This document shows positions 14,328 to 14,329 of a DNA stretch of 14,329 nt, piece after piece. The stretch covers positions 1 through 14,329 of the forward strand of contig PSLL01000019.1 in assembly GCA_040289575.1 (NCBI GenBank). Reading direction: 5' to 3'. The notes beneath the pieces were generated by a model. It did no database searches and was not told the DNA's origin. It worked only from the letters and a program-made list of their open reading frames with translations. The translations under genes and the position numbers were made by a program. The stretch's first letter is position 1, and each line of letters starts with the position of its first letter. Source of the DNA: Candidatus Dadabacteria bacterium (lineage in GTDB: Bacteria; Desulfobacterota_D; UBA1144; Nemesobacterales; CSP1-2).

Positions 14328-14329
14328 TA

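Overview
Bacterial chromosomal window of about 43% GC (estimated by eye), gene-dense, with no rRNA, tRNA, CRISPR array or transposase seen. On the + strand, left to right: the 3' end of a glycosyltransferase-like gene and a YdjC/ChbG deacetylase; a REP-like palindromic element; a secreted MORN-variant repeat protein; a tightly packed six-gene operon (2143-7119); an integrin-alpha-like FG-GAP lipoprotein; and a Wzx-type flippase that apparently starts at CTG. Converging on the - strand are pdxA (partial), a TolC-family protein, a MacA-type adaptor and a MacB-type ATPase with no permease gene. The best candidate for an undescribed system is the six-gene operon. It encodes OsmC, a 'mini-FdrA' lacking its ligase core, a ferritin-like protein whose Glu iron ligands appear replaced, a stand-alone YnbC-type SAM-binding protein, a class I/II aminotransferase-fold enzyme with His in place of the PLP Schiff-base Lys, and an MccE/DAP-decarboxylase-like enzyme. 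All family calls come from motif recognition by eye, not database searches.
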